Numbered from the whole stretch's first letter, positions 12,921-26,337 are shown. The stretch is 59,356 nucleotides of DNA, filler included, from Sphacelaria rigidula (GCA_964200075.2; 6 parts of 6 records of this genome joined end to end with filler, not necessarily neighbours in it), one strand, 5' to 3'. Numbers and translations are program-made. The notes: generated by a model from the letters alone, not told the origin.

Positions 12921-13273
12921 GAGTGCTTGAGTGCGAGGCATCGTAGACAACAGCCGCCTGAACGGTTATGTGCCTGCGTTGCTCGCCGTTCAATCACCAT
13001 CACATGATACTTGGGGGCGAGAAGACGAATGTAGGACGTGCAGGGCTTAACGCATAATGTAGGTCGGATATTCCGGACGTTTCATCTCGAGCACGCGCCC
13101 CGACAGAGCAGCAGAGGCTGACGTGGACGTGCAGGGCTTTATGCATCTGATATCTTGATGGATTGTCGCACACGGTACCGTTCTGATGGTGTAGATGAGA
13201 TTTCGGTCGAAGTGAATGAATGAATCGTCGCGCAAGATGCTTGTGCAACAGAACAACCTCCATTGTGACTCAC

Positions 13274-13375
13274 CGGGTTCTTCCTGAGCTTCACGTAACC
13301 AGGAGCACTGGGATCCATCTCCATGATTGCCAAAGATCCCCCGGGAGTGAGTATTCGGCACGCCTCGGCCAAAAT
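13274..13375 (-). CDS. SAM methyltransferase exon 4
   Basis: gccag|ATT...CCG|gtgagt. ILAEACRILTPGGSLAIMEMDPSAPGYVKLRKNP (motif III, RILxPGG). Confidence 0.9.
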
Positions 13376-14026
13376 CTGGCAGATGAGCAAGGGTAGATCA
13401 GCGGCGGATGAGTGTGCCCGCGGTCGATCAACATTGGAGGAGAAATGTGCCGCTGGAGCCGATGGCCACAACAACATGACGTCGGCCTTCTGAGTGATGG
13501 TTTAAAATTGCTCTTCATCACGATCGGTCCTCGACGTTGCCGCGCACGTCCTCGCGCAGCTGCGTTTGGACTAGGGATGTGCGGCCGCAAGGGGCGGCCT
13601 GTGGGAGCACTCCGGGTGCAGCTTCATGGACAAAAAGACAGCATCGCATCACAATGTGAGCAACGCTCGACAGCATTACATCTTGTCGGTGCCCCGACGA
13701 CATCAACGCGGGATGCACCCCCCGTTCATACCACGCGAGGCGCGAACCACATCTCACAAGCGCACCATGCTGTAGGAAGCAGGCGACTAGGAGTGAAAGG
13801 CATTCTGTATTTGGATGCGGGCAGGGATCCTTTGTCGCAAGCAACATCACAGCAAACACCATAGGGGCGCCGTTGGAGAACCCGAGGTTCTTTTGCATGA
13901 ACAACAAGTACAGGACTGTTCATTGTTTCGCGTCATTCTCAAATTTATGCCAACCTTACAGTAGCCCTAAACAACGAGGATACTTGATCGTACTAATCAT
14001 CGCGAAAGCGAGCCTGCTGCACCCAC

Positions 14027-14152
14027 CTCTCTTCTGGCGTGACCAGCTAGCTCATGGACCACCAGCGACAACGAAACGAGCGACGCACTCCCATCCGGCA
14101 GTCCCGTTTTAGCCGCATCCCCGTAACGCAGCTCGACTCTCGGATCCGCCGC
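14027..14152 (-). CDS. SAM methyltransferase exon 3
   Basis: gtgcag|GCG...GAG|gtgggt. AADPRVELRYGDAAKTGLPDGSASLVSLSLVVHELAGHARRE (motif II, GDAxxTGLPDxS). Confidence 0.9.
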
Positions 14153-14561
14153 CTGCACAGACACCAGTACGGTAGGCGCCGTGGTTTTCTGGTTGTTTCC
14201 ACGAGATAGCTGTGCATGTCGCTCGTGCATGGCAAGCGGCAAAACTCCGGCAACAAATCGCCGCGGCACGTTTAATGCATCGCTTTGGAGAGCGGCGCAA
14301 CTGGGCGGGACCGTCACGCCACGGCAAGTTCACGTTACACAACAGCGACCAACAAGTCGTTGAACTTCCTTGTGTCGCAATTGAAGTCGTCGTTTTTCGC
14401 ACTTCGGAATAGGTGAAGGAGTTTTGCCACGATAATTCATTACGCTAACAACTCAAACGTATACACACGCAGCAGCACGAAGCGATATCGCGAGGACGAC
14501 ACTGCGGCATGCGGCCATCCAGCACAGCGATACCAAACGCAACTGCGGCGAAACAACTCAC

Positions 14562-14661
14562 GTGGTCCTCGGCATTCATGAACTGTCCCGTCAGCACCAT
14601 GTGAGGGGAGAGATCGACGCCGATGATTCGACCTGCCGACGGAAACTGTTTTGCCAAGTAC
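14562..14661 (-). CDS. SAM methyltransferase exon 2
   Basis: ggtcag|G...CAC|gtgagt. Phase 2 matches the previous exon. YLAKQFPSAGRIIGVDLSPHMVLTGQFMNAEDH (post-I motif GVDLS). Confidence 0.9.
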
Positions 14662-17117
14662 CTGACCAAATAAGACAAGCGAACGGGTAACACACAAGCA
14701 TTCTCAAACGAGGATTGAAAGTGTACATCCAGGAGGGGACGCCTGTCTCGTGAGCAGTCAGGCTTGCGTAAGGGGATACTTGAAAAGATAAAATTATATA
14801 CAAATATGTTTTTTTATTTTCAATAATGCTATTAGTTTCATATCTATTTTTATTTAACTTGAAAAAACGAGCAATTATGATTGTTAAACGAATCAATTAA
14901 AAATATTAAATCATAAATAGGATATGAAGAAATCGGATTAGAAAAAAATATAGATTTATTCATTATGGGTATTCGCTGTCTTGTCAATCATTTTGTGGAC
15001 ATACGAAGAACGAAAGTCGTGGCAACGGCATATTTCGCACAGTTTCCCGTCGAAGGAGGGCGCTGGCACAAAAGTTGAATACGCATGCACCTTCGTAGCA
15101 GCTGGTGTAGTTCGACAAAAATTGCACCCGATATATTCAGACCCACGGTCAAGAGGGTAGCACTTCAGTCATTGTCACGAATGGGGCTGCTGAGACACAG
15201 CACGAATGTGTCATCTTCATTGCGCCGGAGCATGGGGGGGTAGCCGTGCCATATAAAGGAATTGAGCACAAAAGGGCCGAGGGTGGATATCAAGCTAACT
15301 TTGTGCGTGATCATGTTGTTTGGAAAACGGAGATATCATAGAGGTCGTCAGTAGGAACCCCTAGCTGCAGTGTAGACACACGCAGGCGTCCTGGATAAAA
15401 GTCCACAACGCTTGGAGCAAAATCTACACCACAGCAGTGACATGATGGGGCGAAACAAGTACACAGCACGCCAGCAGTTCGAGACTTGATCTCCATGAAA
15501 GCAATAGTGCGTGATTTGACCACCATCGTCTTATGGGGTCGACACGAATGTGAAGATGGGGGCACCTGGCGGGTCAACTCGAAAGATTTTTTTTTGGATT
15601 TCCTGCTGATGAGCACAAAACTGCATCACATTCTCAACATCCACGGTCCATACAGTGCAGGATACAGCGCGGCATAGTACGGCACGGCGTTACATTTTCA
15701 CCGAGTACCGCGGAATCGCCGGTAGCTCCAACCTGCTGCGTATACCGAGTGTGCTGTCTGTAGCGGGAGTACCGATACCGCGGAGCACGGTTGTACAGAT
15801 ATGTGATGTGATCCTGACAGGGTCGCACAACGTAACGTACTCCATTGTACAAATTAAGACACTGCAACTTGCGTCTTGGAGCGGTCGGCGAATTGTACCG
15901 TGCTGTGCAATGAAGTCAACTAGTTTACGTCCCGATGACATGGTAGGCTGGCTGGGTAAGTGATCACGAGTACAGCTTCGTCTGTTCTGTCACTGCATGG
16001 TGAGCATAAGAACAGCACCACTCCCCCTATGCTGTCGGTGATAAATGTGGGTTAGGTTAGGATCAGGGCTAGGGTTAGGATTAGGGTTGGGTCCATCGCG
16101 TACTGTTTTGTTTCTGTGGAGACCCTACCGTATACTACATATAAGCCATGTTACCCCCGTGCATGTTCGTACTACTTGCTTTCCCCAGGTTCCATGGGTG
16201 TCGAAGGTTGTAAGGTGCGCATATCCGAGGACACCTGGGCAGTACGGTACGGCACATGGAGTTGGTGATTTGTCTTTTCCCATGAGTGTACCGTCTAATT
16301 TTTTTCATACTCCAACATTTTAAACGCAAGGCCTACCTTCAAAAGTGCGTCCAATTCACCTACGGCCAAGCTGTATGAGTACGGTGATGGAGGGCACCCA
16401 ACGTTGAATCTATCTTGTGTCATTTTCATCAGCTACCCGCAAGCATCGGTAGCATCAACAGTATATTTCTCAGCAAACTAATAATTGGAATATGACTGAA
16501 GCAACAATACTCTTCTTGTGAAAAATAAAATGGATTTTGTACCAAACTGCAATTTAGGTGCATGGGAACCCACGAGAGCCCCGACAATCCGTGCGGTAGC
16601 AACACGAGTCGCCCAAGATAGGCGCGACGGTTAATCGTGCATGTTCATCTCGTTACCCTGGAGGCACTGCATGCAGATGACAAAAAAGGCGGCTTGACTC
16701 GAACACGCCCGAACAGATGCTGTACCAATGGATGCTCATCAGGCACTGGCTACGGTGTTCGACCATGACCATACACCGCACTAACCGATCGCAACCCACA
16801 AATATTCGGTTGCCGATGAACTCTAGGCTGTTCACATCTACCGCCCTGTTGATGACTACGGTGCCCTTTACGGGATGATACGCGCAATGCCTGCAGTACT
16901 TCCCCTGAGAAGGCGCACCCACGTCTATGTTATACACAAGTATTGCAGCAAGGTTACAACAAAAAAGGAAACATCAGAGTACACGGACCAGGGTGATTTT
17001 TGCGCATTTGCCCAGGAGCCCCCAAAAAGTGCAACAAGCACACGATATATGCACACGTGAGAGAGCGGAACACGATGTGCGTACAGCCAGCCAGCAGGAG
17101 AATCTTTGTATCTTCAC

Positions 17118-17261
17118 CTTGTGCTTGTGCCGCTACCGCAGCCGAAATCCACGACGAGGCCGCCATCGTTGACGACTACTCCCAGTCTCTCCATCTGGTC
17201 TTCGTACGCCTTGCGAAGAAGATGCTCCCCGCGCTCCGCGTCGTTGGGGTAATTCCTCACG
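17118..17261 (-). CDS. Class I SAM-dependent methyltransferase (Methyltransf_11/UbiE-like), first visible exon
   Basis: Minus strand tgttag|C...AG|gtgaag. VRNYPNDAERGEHLLRKAYEDQMERLGVVVNDGGLVVDFGCGSGTST contains SAM-binding motif I (VDFGCGSG). Confidence 0.88.
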
Positions 17262-17324
17262 CTAACAGTGCCGCGTCAGAATGCGACGCGAGAGGGAGCG
17301 AAAACTAATCGATGAGTGAACAAG

Positions 17325-17571
17325 AACAATAATACTCCTACAATTCCTACTACTCATACTACTCATACTACTCATACTACTCCTACTACCACCACTACTA
17401 GTACTAGTAGTAGTACTACTAGTATCACTACTATCAATTATAATCATAATCATGATCATAATCATGACCATAATCATGAAAAAGAAATGAATAAATGAAT
17501 AAATGAATAAATGAATAAATGAATAAATGAATAAATGAATAAATGAATAAATGAATAAATGAATAAATGAA

Positions 17572-17627
<56 letters not shown>

Positions 17628-17740
17628 AATAATCATAATAATCATAATAATCATAATCATAATCATGAAAAATAATAATCATGAGAAATAGTAATCATGA
17701 GAAATAATAATCATGAAAAATAATAATTAATTAATTAATA
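17325..17740. repeat. Compound microsatellite (ACT, ATCATA, AATAAATG, AAAT arrays)
   Basis: Read directly from the sequence. It lies in the intron just upstream of the first visible methyltransferase exon. Confidence 0.95.
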
Positions 17741-17949
17741 AAGTAAACGTCCCTATTTCGGAACAGTACCAATTAAGGAACTCTTTTTGTTAATCGTCCA
17801 TAACTCCGCGAAATATTGACCGTTTTCAATCCTGTTTTTTGCTGCGTGTGCACAAGAGCACGGCCCTTCTTTTGAGCTACTGCACATGCCTTTTACATAA
17901 AAAAAAGGCACCATCCCAAAGCACTGGGAATAAGCGCGTGTGTGTCTTT

Positions 17950-18500
17950 CTCCAAAAAGAGCATTTTGATCGATCGGCTGCTGAGCATGCAGAGAACAAG
18001 GGTGGACCCAGAAGCGTTACGCAGCGGTCGCATGATCTTCCATGCTGCTGCAAAGACCTTTGACATCTCCGTTGGTGCGCTGCAGAAGCGTGTCAGTGGT
18101 AGCGTGGGCATAAGTGGCAGGGTTGGTCTGGGTATTGTACTGTCGATGGAGGAAACAAATTCCATCGAAGACATGCTGAAATTTCCCGCAGCTCGTCAAC
18201 GGGCCTGAATAGAGATGGCCTGAAACAGGCGGTCATGGCACTCTGCAGCAACATCCGACCGGTGCCATAGGACCAGACAGTAGGCTCGGGTTGAAAATGG
18301 CTCGACTTGTTCCTTCGGAGGCACCCACGGCTAGGTGAGCGCCGCAACTGCATCTACAAGGCCGACAGGGTGGTGCGGCCGACGAAGAAGATCGCATGCC
18401 GGAGTTTTATGCGGCCTGTGAGGACTACGTGCACAAGGAGCAGCCAGCAACCGACCCCAGATGGAACACTGATGAGACGGGTGCTTTACAGTCTGTCAAG
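17950..18500 (+). pseudogene. Decayed pogo/Fot1-like DDE transposase (HTH region)
   Basis: AAAKTFDISVGALQKRVSG (HTH_psq-like), VLSMEETNSIEDML and WLDLFLRRHPRL (CENP-B-type HTH), with stops and frameshifts. Confidence 0.7.
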
Positions 18501-19722
18501 AGCCGTTCCGTTTATATGCTACAACGCATGTGTCTAGAGCTAGATCCAGGGGCTGTTGCTGTGGAGTGGTGTTTGTCTGCTCTCAGTTATCCTGCGTTTG
18601 AAACGGTATTATTCTCGCCACACTCTTGGCCGACAAAGCCCTTGGCGTTTGCCTGCTCATTGCTGTCTCGGCGTGTTCTGATGCTTGCACTTACTCTTTA
18701 CTCTTTAAAGAGGTACTGCCTATACTGTCTGCAGAGTTGTTGCAAGTACCGCGTTTAGTGCTCGCTGCTGTCTACGAGCTGCATCTGCCGTTCTCGTAGT
18801 CATGGTCGATTTTGGTTAAACTTCTGTGTGTATGGGGGAGGGGGGGAGGGGGCGGGGGGGCAGGAAGCGTTTTTTATTGCAACTCGGTCACATCCGTCGA
18901 ATACCAACTTTTGCGGAAAATGTGTCGAAACTAATTCCCCTTGGTTGAGTGGCTCAAAACAAACAGAAAGCACAGAGCTTTACGAATGTGTTCGTCGACT
19001 TCGGCGTTGCCAAAGACGGAGAAGAAAGCTCGTTTTATTCCGAAAATCCAGGGACAGGTCAGTTTTATCCCCGAATTGGCTCTTTTTCCTCTCTGGTGCC
19101 GGAAAATGATGCATTGTGCTGCATTGTGATGCACTGCGATGCGTGAAGCTGTGTCAAACGAAAATATCTGGAACGTCCTACCTCGAGGTGTTCCGTTTCC
19201 GTGGTCATTGTCGATCTATGGTGGTTACGGGGCATCACTCAACGTGCGTCATGGTACCTTAATCGTAACGCATGAACACAAAATTTTGGGAGATTTTACT
19301 GTCAAACCATTTTTCGATGGGTTACGGAAGGAGAAGAAGAACAAAAACGTTTTCGTCGAGTACGGCATTGCCAGTCACAGACACGATGGTCAAATCTGTT
19401 CAGAAAACTAGGGGATCGGCCATTTTCATCCCTGCATTATTATTATTATTTTCAAAGCGGATCCTCTTAGTCTCATAAATATTTGTACCAAAACAGAAGG
19501 TCTAAAACGTCCCAGGTGTTCCATTTTGGTAGTCATTATCGATTTCTGGTGAAAAATGAGTGATTAGGGAGCATCACTCAAGGTGCGTCGTAGAGTACCT
19601 CAACCCTTTTGGGATCGGATCCCCACTAATACAGGGTTGACCCTGTGTTAGTAGAATAATAAAAAATATGTCTTCGAGCGACCTACCCAATCACAGCGAG
19701 GCGAAATTTATCGACCAGACCC

Positions 19723-19822
19723 NNNNNNNNNNNNNNNNNNNNNNNNNNNNNNNNNNNNNNNNNNNNTTAATTAATTAANNNNNNNNNNNNNNNNNNNNNN
19801 NNNNNNNNNNNNNNNNNNNNNN
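19723..19822. other. Artificial contig linker
   Basis: Same N/TTAATTAATTAA/N spacer. Confidence 0.97.
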
Positions 19823-20495
19823 AAACCACATCACGTGATCCACACACACACCCACCCCCCCCACCCAAACAAAAAAAAAAAAAAAACCCCCCCCCACCCA
19901 CCCCCCCCCCCCCCCCCCCCACGTCAAATACCAACTGAATCAGTACTGCACCGTACATGGACACACACACCAACCCCACCGAATAAACCCAACAGGTATC
20001 ACCTCACCTTTTCTCATCACGTCTCGCTGTTTTATTTCGTTTCGTTGGCAAGTCTCACAAGAAAGCGCTCAATGGTCACCACCACCTCAACATAAGGAAT
20101 AGCAGTAGTAGTGACGGTACCGGAGAAGCGAGTCCACGTGTGTGACCACGGTTTCGAGATATCGGGCGAATTTGATTGACAATCGAAATCTCACTGCCTC
20201 CCCCCCCACCCATGTGCGGATTTTACAATACTGCTGCTACTACTGCTACTACTGCAACTACTACCACTACTAATTATGATAATTACAAGGTTGATTTTTT
20301 GTACTTGGATTCGGTTTCATTAATTTGATGGTTGATGGGCTGAAAATATACTTTAGATTATCTTGTAGACTCTTTCAAGTGTTTTCTTCACCAACAGGAA
20401 AAGTAGAGTTATTCGGATGCTCATTGGCTGCACTTTTTTTTATCGTCACATCATGCTTATTATATCATAATATTATGTTGAATAATGATCATTAC

Positions 20496-20659
20496 CTTTC
20501 CTCCTCCGCCTTGCGGATAGCCTCCATCTTCTGCTGTCGGATACCCTGCTTCCTCAGCCTTTCCTTCTCTTCCCGTTTGTCCTTCTCGATGAGATCCTCC
20601 TCCTCGTCCTCGAACCCTCCCGCCCCCGGCTCTTTGAGCGTGATGTTACCGATCAATTC
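20496..20659 (-). CDS. EIF5B: Probable eIF5B exon d (GTPase domain not in this contig)
   Basis: atgcag|GAA...AG|gtaat. ELIGNITLKEPGAGGFEDEEEDLIEKDKREEKERLRKQGIRQQKMEAIRKAEEER. Phase-compatible with exon c. Confidence 0.6.
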
Positions 20660-20929
20660 CTGCATGCCCGGCCCGAAAAGTATGAAAAACACAGGGCTTG
20701 TAGAAAAGAAAAAAAGGTCGGGCGCAGATGCAAATGACGAAACATTCTTGACTGAAGGAATAATTTTTGTGGGAGCGGAAGCATTTTTCATCATTTAATT
20801 GATTCAAATTGCCTTTCCACAATTCCGTCACCTGTTTGAGGTGACGATTGCTCAGCAGGACCTGAAATGGTCAGTAGTTGATATGCCTTCGCCAGTGATG
20901 CCGAGCGTTGAGGCGGTAGTCAACTATTA

Positions 20930-22125
20930 TGATACGCCGACTACTGATATACCTCCTCTTTCTAGAAGATCCGGGTACCCCACCCGAAAATGCAGTTTCA
21001 TTTTTTTTACGGAGTCCATTGGATCATGAAGATATGTTTTCATTCCTATCCCTCTTTGAACCCCTCGTATATCTTCAGGTGTTTTTCCTCGTCTACTTTC
21101 CATCTCAGCGCTTGTTTCTCCTTCACGTCCGCCATGTCTCTTACTCTTGTCTTGTTTCCACCTCTTCAGCTATGGACATCATTTCGTTTGGTTACATTCG
21201 AGTACGGCGCATTTGTTCACGTTCGCTGTCACTCTCCATTTCCCAGTGCACTCTATTAATAGCTCCTTGCCTATTTGCTTCTGCAATCCTTGTGGGGTTG
21301 CTGATACCCCCACGAAATCGTCCGCGAACGTTAATACCGATACCGTATCTTTTCCCACCCTGACTCCTTGCTTTGCTGTTTTCATTACTACCACCATGGT
21401 ATTGATAAATCTCATCTTACGCGGGTGACAACGTACATCCTCGTAACATATAAAATAATATTTCGACGTTTTCCCGTCTAGCATCATCGCACGTGTCGCA
21501 CATTTTGTAACATTCTTCACCATCTCCACACATTTCCTATTGACCAAGTTTTCTACATATTTCTCCCCAGTCCATTTCTTGCTCCGTCTCGAAAGGGATG
21601 CGTGGTCAACGGTCAAACGACTAAGGCAAGCAACAAATGAGTACACCCCCCCCAGTCCATTCTCCGAACCAAAAGTCGTAGGCCTACTGTACAGAACCAG
21701 CACGTTGTCAGCCCGGCGTCTGCCCTACCTCGAATAATGTTTACGTAATGCGTACACAGGATCGACGCAGCTACGGTTTAGTCTAGACCTTGCTTGCCCT
21801 TCGTTGATTTTTCTTCCTTGTCTAGGATTGTTCAGAATATTTTAGAATGTGTTTCCAATGGTGCTTGGTAGGCTTATCTCTCCATCATTCCCCAGGCTAG
21901 CCCTGTCTCCTTTTTTGAAAAGGTGAACTACTACTCCCCATTTCTTGGGCATGCACTCCTTCTCCCAGATCCAACTGTAGTACACAACATAACCATCATG
22001 GTATCATTCCCTCCAACCCATACTTCATAAATCTTTTCACTATTTCGTCTGCCTCTGCTGCCTGTCCATTCCAAGTTTGGCTACACGCTACTTTTCTTCC
22101 TCTCTTGTGAACTCTCTCTGCAACT
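20930..22125 (-). mobile_element. Decayed LINE ORF2 fragment inside an eIF5B intron
   Basis: AEADEIV..FMKYG, VSVLTFADDFVGVSATPQGLQ (FADD catalytic motif) and WRVTANVNKCAV. Same family as 58440-59356. Confidence 0.85.
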
Positions 22126-22129
22126 ACTT

Positions 22130-22299
22130 CACACCCTGGACAATATATGGTCAATAGATGCAATAGACGCGAAGGGTACTGCATGAAGTATAGCCCTATT
22201 GCAACTATTGCCGGCCGACATTAGTCGCAATAGGCCAGTACTTCATGCAGTACGTTTATTGTCTATTGCAACTATTGACCATGTATTGTCCAAGGTGTG
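22130..22299. mobile_element. Palindromic hAT-type MITE
   Basis: TIR CACACCCTGGACAAT and an imperfect 8-bp TSD AACTACTT/AATTATTT. The whole element folds back. Confidence 0.75.
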
Positions 22300-23165
22300 A
22301 ATTATTTTAAACCACCACCATCCCGATTCTATGGGGAGTGGTGGGGGGTGGCGGTACGGAGCATCACTACTCGTTGTCTCACCGCCTCAACACAGCGGGT
22401 CATACTCCACAGTATTGCGCCTAGTTTAGGGTCGCATGTTTACTACCCCTTACACAGTGCCATCAGAGGAATCTACGGAGCATGAAACCACAATGATGTT
22501 GGCCTCCAACTTAAGCCATCCCCATGGCCACCTTCTCCAAGAACTCCAGGTCAATCATAGCTATCGCAGTGCACAAACTGACGATCGATATTCCCCAATC
22601 GCTGCGAAACAGATCGAAATACACAAGTATTATGCAAATACGATGAACGTCTTCCTTTCTTGGATCCAATATGCGATGGCACAAAACTCTCGTTATACTA
22701 CGCAATATGGGGCATACCAATAGCACTGATTCAAGGCCAAGACTTGTGCTCCTATCCTGATGAAAAGGTGTGATTTCCGCTGCTCGTACTCTCGTCTTTA
22801 CCGCGCCGTGATTGTTTGAGCGGATATGCATGTGTCTTCGCCCTACATATTAGTTTGAGCCATATATATGACCACGGGTTCGCGAGATCGGACTAATGTG
22901 CGGAAATAATAATAATAACAAATATCACACGGTGCTTTGTAAGTACAGACACTGAGATATGATCAACTCTGTATCGGGTATTTGAGCATCCAAGATGCGA
23001 CTGAAACGTTGAGTGAAAACAACACGACAAACGACGCGTTTCGCCGCGCACGGCTCTAGCTGTATATTGCACTTGAGCCAAAATTAAGCAATTTGTCATT
23101 TCTTTGCCTTTGAAGACCGAGGCCAGCACAACACGTTTTACTCCGTGTTGGATGCGGGCTCTGTA

Positions 23166-23775
23166 CGAGCTGGGCCAGCTGACAGTGGTTTTTCAATGTT
23201 TGCGGGCCCGGCTGTGGGTAATTCGAGAATTTGGGCGCTGAAGTTTTGGCACTACATTTTTATCAACAACACGCACAACCTTCCGGGAAATGCAACTTAA
23301 AAAAAAAACTAAAAAAATAAGTTATTACTAGAGCGATTTGAAGTTTATGCAATAACTGTAAAAATGCTTCAACTCCGTGAAAATGTAGGAATACGTCGCC
23401 ATCCCTTGGGTCGTTGTGCGTACTTGTGCGCAGGAGATCCTGGTGCAATTTCGGCAAAAAAAAACTCAAATTGGGCGCAGCAGGTCACTATTCGTGTGAC
23501 ACCGCTGCGCCCTTTGAATCCAAGCGATATAGGAGACTCCAGTTATGGGGGTCACGAGGTCGAATCCCGACGGATTCCTTTTTCTTGTTCCGTCGGTAAG
23601 GTCATACATTATGTAGTACATTTCTTCTGTTCTTTCTTCTGTGTTCATCGGCGGTGCCGTGCGTTACCAGGTTGGTCTGCAGTTTACACCGATATACTCA
23701 AGTCGGGCTGATTTGGTAGACTTGAGAAGTCATGGTGTGACATGAAGATGCGGGATTTACCGCTGGCCCAGCTCG
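23166..23775. mobile_element. Tc1/mariner-type non-autonomous element
   Basis: TA|CGAGCTGGGCCAGC...GCTGGCCCAGCTCG. Same TIR as 31711-32520. Confidence 0.7.
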
Positions 23776-25311
23776 TGTTCAACCTAACTCAGGTACCTTT
23801 CGACGTGTCCTGGTACTTTTAAGGTTGTCCGATCTCTCCTGCGTTGCATTATTTGCGGCATGAATGCATTTCCGTCAAACCTTCTACAACGAGTCGCCCA
23901 TGGCGTCTGTACATTACGTACACATACTTCCTGTCTCAGGAGAACCCAAAGCGAAGGAGAGTTCTGCATTTCTTGTCAGCGCAGCAGTATTCGAAACGAA
24001 CCTGCTTGAGCACCCTTCGATGGCGTCTCAAGTGGAATTTTACCCGCACGCTATCGAACCTCAACGAGGGTTTTTGGTTGACGAGGTTTATGCAAACCCG
24101 CCAGATCTTTTGCAATAGAGCGTTGATGATGCCAAGGTTTAATTCATGCACTGCCGTAGTAAGGTAGGAAGCGGTGATTTCATGCGTTGCCTCACGAAGG
24201 TAAGAAGCGGTGTTGCACGACAACAGTTATCATCGCGGAGCTGGTCCGCGCAGCTGTGGGGGAAGGGAGCAGATGAGCACCAGAGCAGTGACAAACTCCC
24301 CCTCACCTCCTCGTCCTTCTCGACAGGGATGCGTGGTCAACGATCAAACGGCTAAGGCAAGCAATAAATGAGTACGTCCTCCCTCCCTCCACCCCCCCTC
24401 GTCCCACGCCGTCTTGTTTTACTTCAGAGTTCCGAGTACACTTTGCGCTTGACATGATGTGTAGTGCATTTCAATCTTTTCATCACAATCGAAACATGCA
24501 TACACGGCAACGAGCTGTACTTTTCTCTAAAGAATAGGGGGTTGAGTGTGTAGCGTACGTCCCAAAAATCCGCTATATCCGTTCTCACAAAAAACATGGA
24601 CGCGTGTCGAGGTATGTATACATATACGCACTAGAAAAAATTGGCCGGCGCCACACTGTCCAGGGATAGAATTTGCGGCTAACGCGTTGACCGTCAGGGT
24701 AGGTCATCTGTTGAGTCGGCATGATATTCTACTTTAGAAAATGGGTGCACGAACCGAACTACCTTTCCTGGTAGTCTAAGAGTTCGTGTAGAAAAACGCT
24801 GTCGGGTGGTTTCGAGTGGCAAAGCCAGCCTTTACCGATGGTCCAGCACATCAACACCAACTTGCAGCTAGGAAAGTAGCTTGCGGGTTCGCACCCCAAA
24901 AAGAGAGTTTTTAACGTGCATGATCTGGGTACCGTCCTTGGAAGCGCGACGACGCGACAAGCATAGCAACTTCGACGAGAGTCCACGGGGTGTGGGAGTG
25001 ATCACAGTCATGATTCACTCTGCGTTAGCAAAACGACAGGCAGGGCACCGGGAGAGAGAGATAGGGTTGACCACGCAAGACTACGGATACCTCGCGAGGA
25101 GGTGGAGAGGGGAACAGGTATGACCAACAGAAAAGAAGGGGTAAAATATATTGACAGCGTTTCGGGACACTCCATCCCCGCTTGTAGGGATGCGAGGTCA
25201 ACGGTAACATAACTACAGCATGCAAGATCATGAGTATACCCTCCCCCCTTCCCCCCCCATCATCCCTCTCTAAAAAAAGACAAAACAGAGCCTCAACCCC
25301 CGAAAACTCAC

Positions 25312-25637
25312 GGTAACATCTGCGTTGTCCCAGTCGTCCACAGCATCTTCCCAGTCATCAACGGCCTCCACCGCCCCACCCTGCGCACTCTCCTCCTCCG
25401 CACCAGCAGCAGCAGCACCCTTCTCTGTGGACTTCACTTCTTCTTCCCCCCCTCGCTCGTCCTCCTTTATCGACGCGCTTTCCGTCGGGGTCGGCGTCGG
25501 GATCGGGGTCGGTGGTGGTGGCGGCTGAGCTGCTGGCTCCGCCTGCCTGTTCTTCCCGCCCTTGCGTTTCCCGTATATTGGTTTGCTTTTTTTCGCTCCC
25601 TCTGCTGGGCCGGCATCTCCACCTGGCCCTGAGGGGA
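25312..25637 (-). CDS. EIF5B: Probable eIF5B exon c
   Basis: ctaacgcag| acceptor in phase 1, donor ACC|gtgagt. Contains KKSKPIYGKRK and acidic DDWEDAVDDWDN repeats typical of eIF5B N-termini. Confidence 0.7.
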
Positions 25638-26337
25638 CTGCGTTAGCCCATTGGAGGGGCGATGCGGCCAAGACACGAGAAAGTTGGTATTTGTGATATC
25701 GTACCAAAGACAGCGACGAAAATCAGATGGCAGCGACATAGCATCATACCCCCTCTGTTCCATTGATCAGGATCGACTTGGGGCTCAGATCGCATCTCTC
25801 GAATGGAGGCACTCTCTGTGCCTTGGCTGGGACTATGCGAAAAATACTGTCAAATTAAGGAGATGCTCGTGAAACGAAGAAAAAAAAACCCGAAAGGTCA
25901 ATATTGCGCACACAATTTCGGGTAAAATTGGCTCAATTTGGGTTGATTCTTGCCAGGTTGAATTCGGTTCATGCCGAGGGCGGTCAATTTTTGCAATTTT
26001 TGTGGTGGACACGAGTGATTTCGAGGAAGGCATGGCTAGCCTCTGTACATGAAGTTAGCGATTTGCTCCAACGAACAACTTTTGAAAGACCTTTGCTTTC
26101 TTTTCACTTTTTTTTTTGCCTCCGGAATGAGTACGACCCCCCCCCGGATTAGGGGCGAAATACCACTATTTGGGGGGTAGCTGAGCTACTTTTTCCGGTC
26201 GGTCGCTTGGTGGAAATGAAACCTGTAAAAATGACACGCCTCAGTTTCAATTCGAAAGATACTCAAGGATGCAACATGAAAGTGATGAAAACACACCGGA
26301 CCCGGTTAAGAGCCCGTGCAAATGATTTGGTCCCAAC

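Noticed and set aside
15000..15620. Cys-rich PHD-like remnant on the minus strand
   Set aside because: Cys/His spacing is incomplete, and it lies inside an intron whose flanking exons already splice in phase.
23263..24250. Possible tyrosine recombinase/DIRS or other TE coding remnant
   Set aside because: Only vague hydrophobic similarity. No RHR/Y or RT motif could be identified.
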